Source: an uncultured Planctomycetia bacterium (GTDB taxonomy: Bacteria; Omnitrophota; Gorgyraeia; Duberdicusellales; 4484-171). From it: a DNA stretch of 64,000 nt. Below, one piece after another: positions 17,985 through 27,698 of this stretch (position 1 is the first letter of the stretch; every line of letters begins with the position of its first letter). The stretch spans positions 655 to 64,654 of the forward strand of contig CAYVYZ010000002.1 of the NCBI GenBank assembly GCA_964455875.1. Direction: 5' to 3'. The notes beneath the pieces are model-generated. The model saw only the letters and a list, made by a program, of their open reading frames with translations, was not told where the DNA came from and made no database searches. Made by a program: the position numbers and the translations under genes.

Positions 17985-18780
17985 TACAAATATCGGTATA
18001 AGAACACCACCGGCAACGACTACCCTCGTGCTTTGGGTAGTCGTTTAAAACCGTAGAACGAGTTTTATTATATACACCCAGAATGGTATTTCGGGCATAC
18101 ATAAGGAGCGATGGTGTTACCTCCACCAAATATTCCTCACCATACCTAAGGAAAATAACCCCCGCAAAATCAGGGGTTCTTTGGTTTTGGCTTTGGTATA
18201 GAAGGGAGTAGATAGCTAATTGCCTCTTATACTCCTCTGGTAAACCTATACCATACTTGGAACTTGTTTTGTAATCGCCTATAGTGAGTATACCGTTAAA
18301 ATCCTCTGAAACCCTATCAATAAAACCACAACATTTAAGTTTCTCGTCCTTTACATATAATTCTCTGAATTTAGGACGCAACAAGAACCAAGCGTGGGCA
18401 GAATTCTCTGCTTTTTCTGCCTGAATAAGAGCATCAACTTTACGCCTAAAACTAATAAGATATTCATTTAACATAAAAAGTATGTCGGAACGAAAAATGG
18501 ATAATTTGTCCTCTGCCAGCTCTAAATCCTTTATGTTTTGCTCATTATTATTCCACGCCTTCTCAAAACATTCCTTCATATGTTCTGCCATATCCTTCTT
18601 ATGATACTTAAAAAAGTATTCAAGCGCCTCATGAACAACACCCCCTTTTATTAAATGAATGTTTGGCTTAACCTTGATTTTAGCAATATAGGAATAAAAA
18701 TAGTTTCGTGGGCAACTAAGATAGGTGTTTATACTACTTGGGCTCAGAATTTTTTGCGGTTCAAGAATATTTGAACTCAT
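17878..18780 (-). CDS. Cas4/RecB-family PD-(D/E)XK exonuclease with Fe-S cluster cysteines
   Basis: SPSSINTYLSCP, G..VH, GFIDRV, DYKT, QLAIY, CRWCSYTDIC. Confidence 0.88.
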   Translation of the reverse strand: MSSNILEPQKILSPSSINTYLSCPRNYFYSYIAKIKVKPNIHLIKGGVVHEALEYFFKYHKKDMAEHMKECFEKAWNNNEQNIKDLELAEDKLSIFRSDILFMLNEYLISFRRKVDALIQAEKAENSAHAWFLLRPKFRELYVKDEKLKCCGFIDRVSEDFNGILTIGDYKTSSKYGIGLPEEYKRQLAIYSLLYQSQNQRTPDFAGVIFLRYGEEYLVEVTPSLLMYARNTILGVYNKTRSTVLNDYPKHEGSRCRWCSYTDICSGKEKWEESLRKQRLEVFIKKREEENVTKKKENNI

Positions 18781-18815
18781 GGTTTCCCTTATTTCTTTTA
18801 ATTCAGATATTTTAA

Positions 18816-19157
18816 TCAGTCCCCCTTAATAACCTTTTTCCAATTACGGACAGGTTTTTTATTTTCTAACATCAGCCTTCTTTCGGTATTAGCCACTATA
18901 TTTTCATATTCCTCCTCAGAATAATTAATAACATTCTCCCCACAGTTGCCGCAATAAACATCATCTCCAAATTCGCCACTCTCACCGTCGTGATAATCTA
19001 TTTCACCGTAATCCACAACCTCACCTTCTTTATCAATATAAACTTCTTGTGTTCCGTAAGAAGTAACATCCTGTGTGGTTGTAAAGTTTTCTGCTTCTCC
19101 ACACTCCTCACAATAATACGGCATCATTACCACCTCCAAAAATAGAGCCTTCCACAA
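18816..19157 (-). CDS. Acidic zinc-ribbon protein with C-terminal NW motif
   Basis: CEECG...CGNCG; ends VRNWKKVIKGD; likely start MMPYY. Confidence 0.7.
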   Translation of the reverse strand: MWKALFLEVVMMPYYCEECGEAENFTTTQDVTSYGTQEVYIDKEGEVVDYGEIDYHDGESGEFGDDVYCGNCGENVINYSEEEYENIVANTERRLMLENKKPVRNWKKVIKGD

Positions 19158-19920
19158 CAGGTTCTTTTTCTAAATCGTATGATGTTTTCCTAATTTTAAC
19201 ATTTATAATATCATTAGCAGGAGCTTCTGTATTGCCTATATAAGTCTTAACATAATCTTTTCCTTTAATATAATTAACTATATTACTGACTATTTTCCCA
19301 GCGAGTTCATTATTTACTGGGGCACAAGCTTTCTCTCCACAGGCTAATTCAGTTACCTTTCCGTGTGTAAGTGATTTCTCATATTCTTCAACTTCCTTTT
19401 TTTCTCGGCAATCAATAAGATAGTGTCGCATATTGAACATTCCAATCCTACCATCAACCCAGATAATGGGATAATCTTTTAACTTATCAAACAACATTTT
19501 CCTTGCTTCAAAGGAATCAAAGAAACAACAATATATCGTGTCCGGTAAAGGAATGACTTCTGTTTCTTCATTTATTTCCTCGTTAATAGTTATAATGTTT
19601 GTTAATCCTGCTTCATTTTTTAAAATCTCAGCCATCGCCTCAACTTTAGGCATACCAATTTGTTGAAAATTGTATGCCTGTGGCGAAATGTTCTCACTAC
19701 TGACTTTATCCCTATCTATTAATTCAATATTTTTGAACCCTGTCTTTGCTAATATCCTTGCGACGTGGGAACCAACACTTCCAACACCGAAAACTTTAAT
19801 AGTGTATTGATTAATCTTATCAGGTATTAGTTTTGCCTGCCTGCTTAAATCAAGCTCATTTACCTCTTCTTCTTTTTCTTCTTCTTGCTTTTCTCCTTCT
19901 TTTTCGTTTTTTTCCTCCAT
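19108..19920 (-). CDS. ThiF/E1-like ubiquitin-activating adenylyltransferase
   Basis: SRQ, GVGSVGS, IDRDKVSSEN, GMPKVEA, DSFEAR, VDGRIG, candidate catalytic Cys in ELACGEK. Confidence 0.9.
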   Translation of the reverse strand: MEEKNEKEGEKQEEEKEEEVNELDLSRQAKLIPDKINQYTIKVFGVGSVGSHVARILAKTGFKNIELIDRDKVSSENISPQAYNFQQIGMPKVEAMAEILKNEAGLTNIITINEEINEETEVIPLPDTIYCCFFDSFEARKMLFDKLKDYPIIWVDGRIGMFNMRHYLIDCREKKEVEEYEKSLTHGKVTELACGEKACAPVNNELAGKIVSNIVNYIKGKDYVKTYIGNTEAPANDIINVKIRKTSYDLEKEPVVEGSIFGGGNDAVLL

Positions 19921-21458
19921 TTTTTCCCCTCCTTTTTAGTTTTACTCGTATCTGTCCTTGCTATAGATTTTGCGGAAAAATTATTTTTTTCTTCTGGTAA
20001 CCCATTATCATTAACTCCTGTTAAATCCATTAAGGTTTGTTCTTGGTATTCATCAATAATCCTATCCACTATTTTAGCAATATGAACTCCGAATACTTCA
20101 AGGCTATGCCAAGTTGGGTCAAGCATAAGACTTCCTAAAATGTGGTTTTCATTATCATAAACCGAAGCAACCTCACAATCTGGCGCCGCCTCGCTCCAAA
20201 CAACTTTTAAGTCCCTGTTAATTTCTAATTGATTAATAATGGTATCAACTAATTCGGGCTCATCATACACCACTATTTTATCCCCCTCCTTGTTTTGTTC
20301 AATAAATCCTCTTTTTGGTTGTTCCGTATTAACTTCCTGAATTAATTGTTGTAAGTTTTTATCACCGTAATCCCCGTTTTCTTCTTCTATTTTCTCTAAA
20401 TCACACCACTCCTTTAATAGGAGTTTATTATAATTAATGAATAATTGGAGGAGTTTCTTTCTAAATTTATTAAAACTTTTCGGCGCAGGCTGTAATTTAA
20501 ACACGGTTCTCGCACCATCCTTAAAAGTTAATTCTGTTGGGTTTGGCCTAACAACATCTCCAAGGAAATTATTAGGACGAATAGCGTTCTTTAATATTTG
20601 TTTGAAATCTTGCCCTGTTTTAACCACACAACCGCCGTGTTTAAACTCCATACTTACCTGCTCGTTCTCAGCAGGAGAGAATTCAAAACCGTAGCTGGTT
20701 TTTATAAGGTTATTATCTACATAGAGCCGTTGGTCTTTTCTTTCCTCTTCAACATTCCCAAAAAGTTTTTTAAGGGCCTCAACATCGCTTTCCAAAATCA
20801 CTTTCTCACTCCTATTATAATTATAGTTATAATTATAGTTATTGCCTCCGTGATAATAGGTGTGAGTATAAGGGAGAGCTTTACCGTAGTCAAACACCCC
20901 CCGAGAAACCGGTCTCTCAACAACACATTTTTTCTTTATTGCCTCACATATCCTTGCTAACTCTTTATCTTCTGGGGAACACTCATAAAATATGTTTATT
21001 CTTTCGTTTAGGATTGTAACTCTTATTGGGTTACGAATATCAATTCTTACCTCTTTCTTCATCTCTCCATTATCCCAAGCAGTTTGTAAGAAGATAAAGT
21101 AAGGACGCTTTGCGTCGGCATCCATAAAAGTATCAAAGGTTTCATCTTCATCGGTAGAAGAACAACTTGGGCTACCCCCTGGGTGACGGTGCCAATAAAA
21201 GTTTATTTTACCCAATTCTTTCGTTGGAACTTCCTGTATAATATTCTTCCACATCTCTCCTGTGAAATGAACCGTTGCTCCGGTAACATATTGTTTGGGA
21301 TAATAAAGCTTATCAACATAAAAATATTTATTTCCGTCAACGGTTCTAATTCTGACGGTGCCAACAGCCCCTATCTCTGTGTCTAAATGTTCGGTAAACC
21401 ACTTTATTTGCCTATGGACATTATAGGCTAACATTACATTTGCCTTAAACTCTGACAT
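19860..21458 (-). CDS. JAB/MPN metallo-isopeptidase domain protein with long C-terminal extension
   Basis: N-terminal E (TEIG), YPKQ.VTGATV, JAMM motif WHRHPGGSPSCSSTD. Confidence 0.82.
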   Translation of the reverse strand: MSEFKANVMLAYNVHRQIKWFTEHLDTEIGAVGTVRIRTVDGNKYFYVDKLYYPKQYVTGATVHFTGEMWKNIIQEVPTKELGKINFYWHRHPGGSPSCSSTDEDETFDTFMDADAKRPYFIFLQTAWDNGEMKKEVRIDIRNPIRVTILNERINIFYECSPEDKELARICEAIKKKCVVERPVSRGVFDYGKALPYTHTYYHGGNNYNYNYNYNRSEKVILESDVEALKKLFGNVEEERKDQRLYVDNNLIKTSYGFEFSPAENEQVSMEFKHGGCVVKTGQDFKQILKNAIRPNNFLGDVVRPNPTELTFKDGARTVFKLQPAPKSFNKFRKKLLQLFINYNKLLLKEWCDLEKIEEENGDYGDKNLQQLIQEVNTEQPKRGFIEQNKEGDKIVVYDEPELVDTIINQLEINRDLKVVWSEAAPDCEVASVYDNENHILGSLMLDPTWHSLEVFGVHIAKIVDRIIDEYQEQTLMDLTGVNDNGLPEEKNNFSAKSIARTDTSKTKKEGKKWRKKTKKKEKSKKKKKKKR

Positions 21459-21477
21459 TTTTTTCCCTCCGAGTGTT

Positions 21478-23049
21478 TTAAAACACTTTCATTCCTTTAA
21501 ATTTCTTAATATTAATGTTATAATCATCCGCTTTCATAAGCTTTCTTTGTTCGCCTGTTTTAATCCTATCTTTATCATTAATCATTATTCTGTTTCCTTT
21601 CTCATCCCAAATCGGATAACCGTGTTGTAACCTGTTATCATAAAAATCCCATATCTTAACATAAGCGCCTTCATTTCTATATGTTTTAATCCAAAACCAT
21701 AATAAGGTGGCTAAATCAACAAACTTATTAAAGGATAAACATTCATAAATCTTATTCCTCCCATCACCACTACCAAAGCAAGGAGTGCCACCATGGGAGT
21801 CAGCATGTGGGTGGGGATGTCCATCAATATCGGTTTCTCCCTTAACTTTGAAACCATCGGGGGTTATGACAATTTCTATCCAACCCAAGTAACAAATTCT
21901 CTTACCAAGCTTCTTCCCCATATCGCTCCTTTTGAAATTTGGTATTGTTATGGTAGCAGGCTTAAATTTAATACATATACCGTCGTATTGTAAATCAATT
22001 TCATCAACAAACGGTAATTTTTTCACCTTATTAACCTCATTAAATATGGTTTTGCCAGAGGTATTAATAGTATTGGATATAAATATTTTCTCCTGCTCTA
22101 AACGATTTAACCTATCAAATAACAGCCTAATATTATTTTCGTTACTTGAAATATCTCTTGTTATCCTTTTTTTATCCTGTTTTATTTCTTCTAACTTCTC
22201 CCTTGCTCTCTTTAAGAACCCAGAAATAAAAATCTTTTTTTGTAAGGTAGTAATATTGGTTTTGACAGGTTTAAGAGATTTTAAGACGGCAAACAAATCT
22301 TTTAATGGTTTTGATATTTCTGTTTGAAGGGGAAGAATTTTTCTTATTAAGAAAGGATTATAATATAGTCTTATCAGGTTTCTTTCTTTAAAATATCTTC
22401 CTATGAGAATATTGTTTCCTATCTTAATATCAATTATTTTTTCTCCTTCAAAAGGACTAATGAAGGGAGCTTCATAAACAACTTTAAATTCTTCTTTGTT
22501 AGGTATATCAGTTACATCCCCATATTTATTATACAACAAATCGTTCATCCTTGTATAGAATCCTGGTGGAACTTCCTTTTTAATTCTACCATCAACCCCG
22601 GTATCAAAGACAAGGGTAATCTTTTTATTAATAGTAGCATTTCTTTTAAGGTTAAAAATAGAAGTTACTACCTCAATACCAAGCTCCTTGAACTTTTTAT
22701 CTAAAAGCTTTAATATGAGGGGGTTTCCATCAAGTCCATTAAATTTCTCTTTATAATCAAACATATTTTTAAAGACGGTTTTAGAAACATCTTCGGGCCT
22801 CAGGCTCTTCATAGTTTTTACCTTTTTAATCAACCTATCAATTAATTTAATGGCTTCTCTTCCCTCATAATTAATTTCTTTATCATTCATCCTAATTTTT
22901 CCAAGTAATTCTTTGCCTTTTGTAAACTGAAAGGTTTCATTATCAAGCCATTTTTCCTTGCCTTTTTTTCCTAACTTATTCACCACAATCCTTAAAATAT
23001 TTTCTATTAAATAAGGGTTATCATCCTTAAATTTTTTCACTTTACTCAT
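21478..23049 (-). CDS. Prokaryotic E2-like conjugating enzyme with long N-terminal/coiled-coil region
   Basis: C-terminal HPHPHADSHGGTPCFG resembles the E2 HPN-x7-C active site; lies between the Ubl and JAB/E1 genes. Confidence 0.65.
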   Translation of the reverse strand: MSKVKKFKDDNPYLIENILRIVVNKLGKKGKEKWLDNETFQFTKGKELLGKIRMNDKEINYEGREAIKLIDRLIKKVKTMKSLRPEDVSKTVFKNMFDYKEKFNGLDGNPLILKLLDKKFKELGIEVVTSIFNLKRNATINKKITLVFDTGVDGRIKKEVPPGFYTRMNDLLYNKYGDVTDIPNKEEFKVVYEAPFISPFEGEKIIDIKIGNNILIGRYFKERNLIRLYYNPFLIRKILPLQTEISKPLKDLFAVLKSLKPVKTNITTLQKKIFISGFLKRAREKLEEIKQDKKRITRDISSNENNIRLLFDRLNRLEQEKIFISNTINTSGKTIFNEVNKVKKLPFVDEIDLQYDGICIKFKPATITIPNFKRSDMGKKLGKRICYLGWIEIVITPDGFKVKGETDIDGHPHPHADSHGGTPCFGSGDGRNKIYECLSFNKFVDLATLLWFWIKTYRNEGAYVKIWDFYDNRLQHGYPIWDEKGNRIMINDKDRIKTGEQRKLMKADDYNINIKKFKGMKVF

Positions 23050-23117
23050 AATATCCCCTCCTTCTTTTTTTATAGGAGTATTTGAACATAAAAAAAAAAT
23101 AAAAAAGAGTTTTCGGC

Positions 23118-23495
23118 TTAAGCTGACTTAATCTCGGGTGAGATTATGTAAGTTTCGCCGTTAACAACCTCCGAAGAAAGTCTTACCGTTTCTCCTGTTG
23201 ATTTTGCGGTCACTGATTCCTTGCTGTCGTCAAATGTGTAACCTGATTGCTCAATAAGTTCCTCAACAGTAGCTCCTTCTGGCAACAAACAGGTTTCAAC
23301 GCCATTTACACCGATTCTTCCTATAGACGCTTCAATAGCGCCTTCTATTGGCCTACTCCTTCTCCTGCTGGTTGTTGTTCCAGAACCTTGTGCGTTATAG
23401 GCTCTGGTTATTGCTGCCTTTTGTCCGGGCAACAAGTCGTCAAAATCCTCGCCATACATTCTGTTGGCAAGGGCGTTCTTTGACATCCTTGGCAT
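23118..23495 (-). CDS. Ubiquitin-like (beta-grasp) protein with N-terminal extension
   Basis: C-terminal ~70 aa IEASIGRIG..TCLLPEGATVEELIEQSG..SEVVNGETYIISPEIKSA has a ThiS/MoaD/Ub pattern; first gene of the E2-JAB-E1 cluster. Confidence 0.72.
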   Translation of the reverse strand: MPRMSKNALANRMYGEDFDDLLPGQKAAITRAYNAQGSGTTTSRRRSRPIEGAIEASIGRIGVNGVETCLLPEGATVEELIEQSGYTFDDSKESVTAKSTGETVRLSSEVVNGETYIISPEIKSA

Positions 23496-23555
23496 ATTAC
23501 CACCTCCAAGTTTTTTATGCCGTTGTTAAATCCCTACAACTCTTAGGGATAAACA

Positions 23556-24233
23556 TTATTTACGAATTTTAAGGACATCATATATTCCAAAAAACATACC
23601 ATTATACATCCTTCCGTAAGGAATTCTAACTAAAGCATAACCATTATTCCAAGCAACCTGCTGAATGTAAGACTCAATTTCGTAAAGGTCTTGATGAGTA
23701 TAAGCTACTTTCGTGCCTTTTCTATAACAGAATGTAAAGGCTAAAACACTATCATTAGCAGGAAGCTTATAATCAAAATATTTTTTAATATCCGACTTTG
23801 GATTAACCTCGCTATTCCCCTTAATAGAACAACAATAATCAAACCAAATACCGCCACACTTATTTTTCCCCTCTTTTTTAATCATATCAAAATAATCGCC
23901 TAACCACATATCGTATGTAGCATTATGATATTTTTTAATCTTATCAAAGGCGTTGGTAGGGTTTGGAACCTCCACTCTCTTAATACCATACTTTTTTAAT
24001 GTTTTAAGGGTTAATAGGGCTTCGCTTTCAAGCACTACAAAGAATTCTTTTCCCTTGTTTCTTAATTTAAAGGCTTCGGCAACTCTTTTATTGTTCTCTT
24101 TTTTTATTGGGTTTTTTGAAAGCTTCCTATCATATTTTTCTCTTTTTCTTTTCATCTTCGCCCCCTTATTTATCCAAAACCATTTTTTACCCATAATATC
24201 CCTCTTAATATGGTTTAATCTGTTTTTATTCAC
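23556..24233 (-). CDS. Hypothetical protein, possible SAM-dependent methyltransferase-like fold
   Basis: VVLES..., IWFDYCC, LAFTFC pattern; weak. Confidence 0.4.
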   Translation of the reverse strand: MNKNRLNHIKRDIMGKKWFWINKGAKMKRKREKYDRKLSKNPIKKENNKRVAEAFKLRNKGKEFFVVLESEALLTLKTLKKYGIKRVEVPNPTNAFDKIKKYHNATYDMWLGDYFDMIKKEGKNKCGGIWFDYCCSIKGNSEVNPKSDIKKYFDYKLPANDSVLAFTFCYRKGTKVAYTHQDLYEIESYIQQVAWNNGYALVRIPYGRMYNGMFFGIYDVLKIRK

Positions 24234-24276
24234 TCTTGAATAGTAGTATTTATAAAGATTATGTTTTTAAATGGGA

Positions 24277-24510
24277 CTACACCTTAATCCTCTTTTTCCA
24301 ATTCTTTATTGGTGGCTCGTGCCTTCTTGCTATCATTTCGCCTGTAATAACATAACCGGCGTCAATATTATAGTAACGGTTAGTGGTAGTTGGTATTATA
24401 CCTGTAATAATAACTTTCTTTCCCGCAAGATTTTCGGAAATGTTTTTCTCTCTTAACTTTTTTTTGTTCTTTATTAATATCACTTCATCATATATTCTTA
24501 TATTACTCAT
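24277..24510 (-). CDS. Small SH3/KOW-like protein with C-terminal NW motif
   Basis: GKKVIITGI..YYNID; ends IKNWKKRIKV. Confidence 0.65.
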   Translation of the reverse strand: MSNIRIYDEVILIKNKKKLREKNISENLAGKKVIITGIIPTTTNRYYNIDAGYVITGEMIARRHEPPIKNWKKRIKV

Positions 24511-24538
24511 CTTCCTAAACTCCTCCTATTTTTTTTCA

Positions 24539-25183
24539 TTATAAGCCTTCCATTTTAAGTATTCTGCTTTTTTGACCTGAATGTTTATGAAATCCTTGTG
24601 GTATCTTAACAAGGTTACCATACTTTCTTCCCTCGTTCAACTCTGTTTGTTTTGGGAAAACCTCGTGATAACCAAGCCCAACCCTATTTAACCGTGATTT
24701 AACAAGCTTCTGCCCAAACGAAGCTTGAACAGGATTTTTAAAGAATATCCATATATGATAGCCACGCCTACCACTAAATTCAAGTATTCTGGGAAAATCT
24801 TCAAAAAGGTCAAAGATGATGTTGGCTTCTGCCTTGACCCGGCGTAATTCTGCCTCTTCTTCTTTGAACCCACATTTTGGACAAACCCATTTCCAATCCT
24901 TTTCATCAATATAAACTCCTTTATCACGGCACTTCTTACATTTCTTCTTAATATCAATATCAATACAAGCCCACTTAATAGTGTTGTCGTGATTAAGGCA
25001 GTATAGTCCATAAGTTTCTTTTCCTGACATATGATTTTCAATATCCTCAAGAGTTATTGGCCTTCTTTCTGGATAATAATAGCCACCGGGCTGTTGTTTA
25101 GCAAAAACATCTTTCCTATGAACAAAAATGTTAAATATTTCTTCTGCGGATAGCTTTATCATCTGTTTAACACCTCTCTCCAA
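24539..25183 (-). CDS. Archaeo-eukaryotic primase (AEP) catalytic domain with zinc-ribbon insert
   Basis: WACIDID, FSGRRGYHIWIFF, EVFPKQ, GNLVKIP; CKKC..CPKC insert; likely start MIKLSAEE. Confidence 0.85.
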   Translation of the reverse strand: MERGVKQMIKLSAEEIFNIFVHRKDVFAKQQPGGYYYPERRPITLEDIENHMSGKETYGLYCLNHDNTIKWACIDIDIKKKCKKCRDKGVYIDEKDWKWVCPKCGFKEEEAELRRVKAEANIIFDLFEDFPRILEFSGRRGYHIWIFFKNPVQASFGQKLVKSRLNRVGLGYHEVFPKQTELNEGRKYGNLVKIPQGFHKHSGQKSRILKMEGL

Positions 25184-25401
25184 TTAATTTTGGCAGGAAT
25201 AAAATGCTTTGGGTCTTCAACAAAATCCCGTATCCAACCACCTTTTAAATCTCCTTCTATTTCTGGAAAATAATATAAAAAACCGTCGTGTTGAACCGTA
25301 TAAATTTTATCCTTAATAAAAAATTTGGAGGCTATACTATTTCCTGGATTAACACATTTCAGTTTTGTGCCTTCTTTATACTTGTGTTTTGGTTTCCACA
25401 T
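25159..25401 (-). CDS. Small SH3-like protein with C-terminal NW motif
   Basis: YKEGTKLKCV..KIYTV; ends KINWREVLNR. Confidence 0.7.
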   Translation of the reverse strand: MWKPKHKYKEGTKLKCVNPGNSIASKFFIKDKIYTVQHDGFLYYFPEIEGDLKGGWIRDFVEDPKHFIPAKINWREVLNR

Positions 25402-25469
25402 CTTTTAAACCCCATCAATTTTTTATAATATTTCTCTCCTATGTTTTTTTTGATTATATTCCTTTTTTA

Positions 25470-26234
25470 TCAATTCTTAAAAATGTTTGTTGCCCCCTCT
25501 TTTAGTAAATCTTCATAAGGGATAATTCTTCTTAACCGTGGTTGAAATGGTTTTTTATCAGGTGTTAAAAAACAATATTCTATTTCCGCATACGGTTTTT
25601 TATTAAGGAATTTTAAATAATTAAAAAATTCAACCAATTTTATTGAATTAGCCGAACACTTTACTTTAATACCGTTTCTACTTAACAAAAAAGCTCCTTT
25701 ACTCTTCCCTTTAATATGGGTTATTATGGGGAGTTTTTCTTCAATAAGCCTTTTACACTTATACATTACTTTACTATTCATATCTTTTAATACTAATCCT
25801 TCAGTATTGTTTTTAAGGACAAAATTCCACCCCTCCTCAAAAGTCTTAAATCTTTTAGGATAAGATAAGTGTTTAAACCCCTTTATTATTTCCTCTATTT
25901 TCATTCTTTTAGTCATAACATCTGCTTCCCTAAAATTTTTTCCTTCAAATTCTAAAATATCAAAGATATAATATTTTGTCCTCCCCCAATTAATTTTTTT
26001 ATTTAATAATAAAACATTCCCCCAAGGGATAGCGATTTCTCCTATAAAAAACCCATTAAGATTTTTTAATTCTTTTAATATGTGAGGAAACTTATGATTT
26101 TGATTAATCCACCTCTTATCAGATAACAACACTCCTTTATTGTAATAAACACACCCGCCATCAACTTTTTCCTCAATAAGGAAATTTTTTAATTTCTTTG
26201 CTTCCTCAACACCAATTTGTAATATTCCTGACAT
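25470..26234 (-). CDS. lig: ATP-dependent DNA ligase (minimal)
   Basis: Motif I EEKVDG, III FIGEI, IIIa IFDIL, IV EGLVLK, V KCK, VI FQPR. Confidence 0.85.
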   Translation of the reverse strand: MSGILQIGVEEAKKLKNFLIEEKVDGGCVYYNKGVLLSDKRWINQNHKFPHILKELKNLNGFFIGEIAIPWGNVLLLNKKINWGRTKYYIFDILEFEGKNFREADVMTKRMKIEEIIKGFKHLSYPKRFKTFEEGWNFVLKNNTEGLVLKDMNSKVMYKCKRLIEEKLPIITHIKGKSKGAFLLSRNGIKVKCSANSIKLVEFFNYLKFLNKKPYAEIEYCFLTPDKKPFQPRLRRIIPYEDLLKEGATNIFKN

Positions 26235-26238
26235 CTTT

Positions 26239-26649
26239 TCATCTCATAAACTCAATAAACTTTTTACCTGAAATCTTTGCTCCCCATACAGGAGGGATTT
26301 CAAGCCTTTCTTTTATCAAATCATAAGATAGTCCTTCATCAACCATAGCCCTAATCCCAGGTAAAAAATAATTATTATAAAAATCTTCTCCTAATTTTTC
26401 AATAATTTTATTATAACTCCTATAACTAATAGTTTTTTTCTTTTTTCTTTCGGCACATCTTTTAAGATTAGAATAGGAAAAACCACCACCTCCACCTTTC
26501 CTCTTATGTTTCTTTGCTATTGCTCCCATAACAGCTATTAAATATCCGTATTCTTTGGCTTGGTTTTCATCTATTCCTTTTTTAATTGCCTGACAATAAT
26601 TATAGACGGCAAAAATGTCAAATTTTCCTATTAAAACATCCTCAAACAT
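26239..26649 (-). CDS. Hypothetical protein
   Basis: ORF in operon. Confidence 0.6.
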   Translation of the reverse strand: MFEDVLIGKFDIFAVYNYCQAIKKGIDENQAKEYGYLIAVMGAIAKKHKRKGGGGGFSYSNLKRCAERKKKKTISYRSYNKIIEKLGEDFYNNYFLPGIRAMVDEGLSYDLIKERLEIPPVWGAKISGKKFIEFMR

Positions 26650-26941
26650 TTTTTATCCTCCTCATTTTTTTATTTAATTTTTTTCCGATATCTCCCAACC
26701 CCTTGTCAATTTTGAGTATTTCTCTACCAAAACGGGTAACGGTCACCTTATCATCATAAAAATTTATTTCGGTGTTTTCAGCCTCAATATTTCTTTCGCA
26801 CTCTTCCCTATCAATACAATAATATTCCCCCAGTATTAATTGAAGGTTTGTTCGTGTAGAACCGTCCTCTTCCATAATAATTACTTCCCTACCATTACAA
26901 TTCTTACACCTCTTATTTGGGTTAGTAAAAATTTTAACCAT
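26642..26941 (-). CDS. Zinc-binding hypothetical protein
   Basis: CKNC..C....C; RBS GAGGTGA. Confidence 0.6.
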   Translation of the reverse strand: MVKIFTNPNKRCKNCNGREVIIMEEDGSTRTNLQLILGEYYCIDREECERNIEAENTEINFYDDKVTVTRFGREILKIDKGLGDIGKKLNKKMRRIKNV

Positions 26942-27080
26942 TTATATCACCTCGTTGCCAAGCCTTAAGTTCTTTTATTATTTCCTCAAAGCTAACAGGA
27001 CGAAAATCCCAAACATCAACCCCAACATTTTATAATATTCTCGTGCCCAAAATGATAATCCGAGGTAAACCAATACCTTT

Positions 27081-27698
27081 TTAGTCCTCAAAACTGAATT
27101 CTTTTTCCTTATCAAAACTGAATTCTTCTTCGCCTCCAATAATGAATAAGTCGTTGAAGGCAACATCTTTCCCATAACAAACATCAGCAAGGGATTTAAG
27201 AGTTTCCTCTTTCTGTTTCAGCTTTTTCTCATACTCTATCCCTTTATGAGTAACAAAATTGATTAACCTCATAACATCGTCCTCGTAAATATGTCCTTTA
27301 TAACTAATTCTACCAAGGCGACATACTAAACAACTAACAACCGTGTATTTCCCCTCTGCTGTTTTAAAAGGTTTTGACTCAACCCATATATGTCCCGGAC
27401 ATTCTTTCAGTTCTCTCATCAACTGCCTTTTAAAGTCAAGTTCGTCGGCATCCATTTTCTTTTCCACCTCCAACAAATCCTTTTTAATCTGTTCGTATAA
27501 TGGATTAGTATAGGGCTTTCTCTTAATAATGTATTTGGAAAGACAAACATTACAAATATAGTCCTTGTCTTTTGGAGAATAGGGGTCTTCCATCACAGGT
27601 TTCTCATCTTTCCAAATATCGCCGTTCTTACAACTATCACAATATTCCTCTTGTTCGTGTTTTGGTTTAACTAATCCGTTAATATGGTGTTTTATCAT
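27081..27698 (-). CDS. Zinc-finger protein with C-terminal tandem EFSF motif
   Basis: CDSC, CNVC, CPGH, CLVC; ends EEEFSFDKEKEFSFED. Confidence 0.7.
   Translation of the reverse strand: MIKHHINGLVKPKHEQEEYCDSCKNGDIWKDEKPVMEDPYSPKDKDYICNVCLSKYIIKRKPYTNPLYEQIKKDLLEVEKKMDADELDFKRQLMRELKECPGHIWVESKPFKTAEGKYTVVSCLVCRLGRISYKGHIYEDDVMRLINFVTHKGIEYEKKLKQKEETLKSLADVCYGKDVAFNDLFIIGGEEEFSFDKEKEFSFED

Noticed and set aside
17878-18780. Cas4 as evidence of a CRISPR-Cas locus
   Set aside because: No cas1, effector genes or array in the window
19108-19920. ThiF read as a thiamine/molybdopterin biosynthesis gene
   Set aside because: No ThiG/ThiI/MoaE or other cofactor genes nearby; its neighbours are JAB, E2-like and Ubl genes
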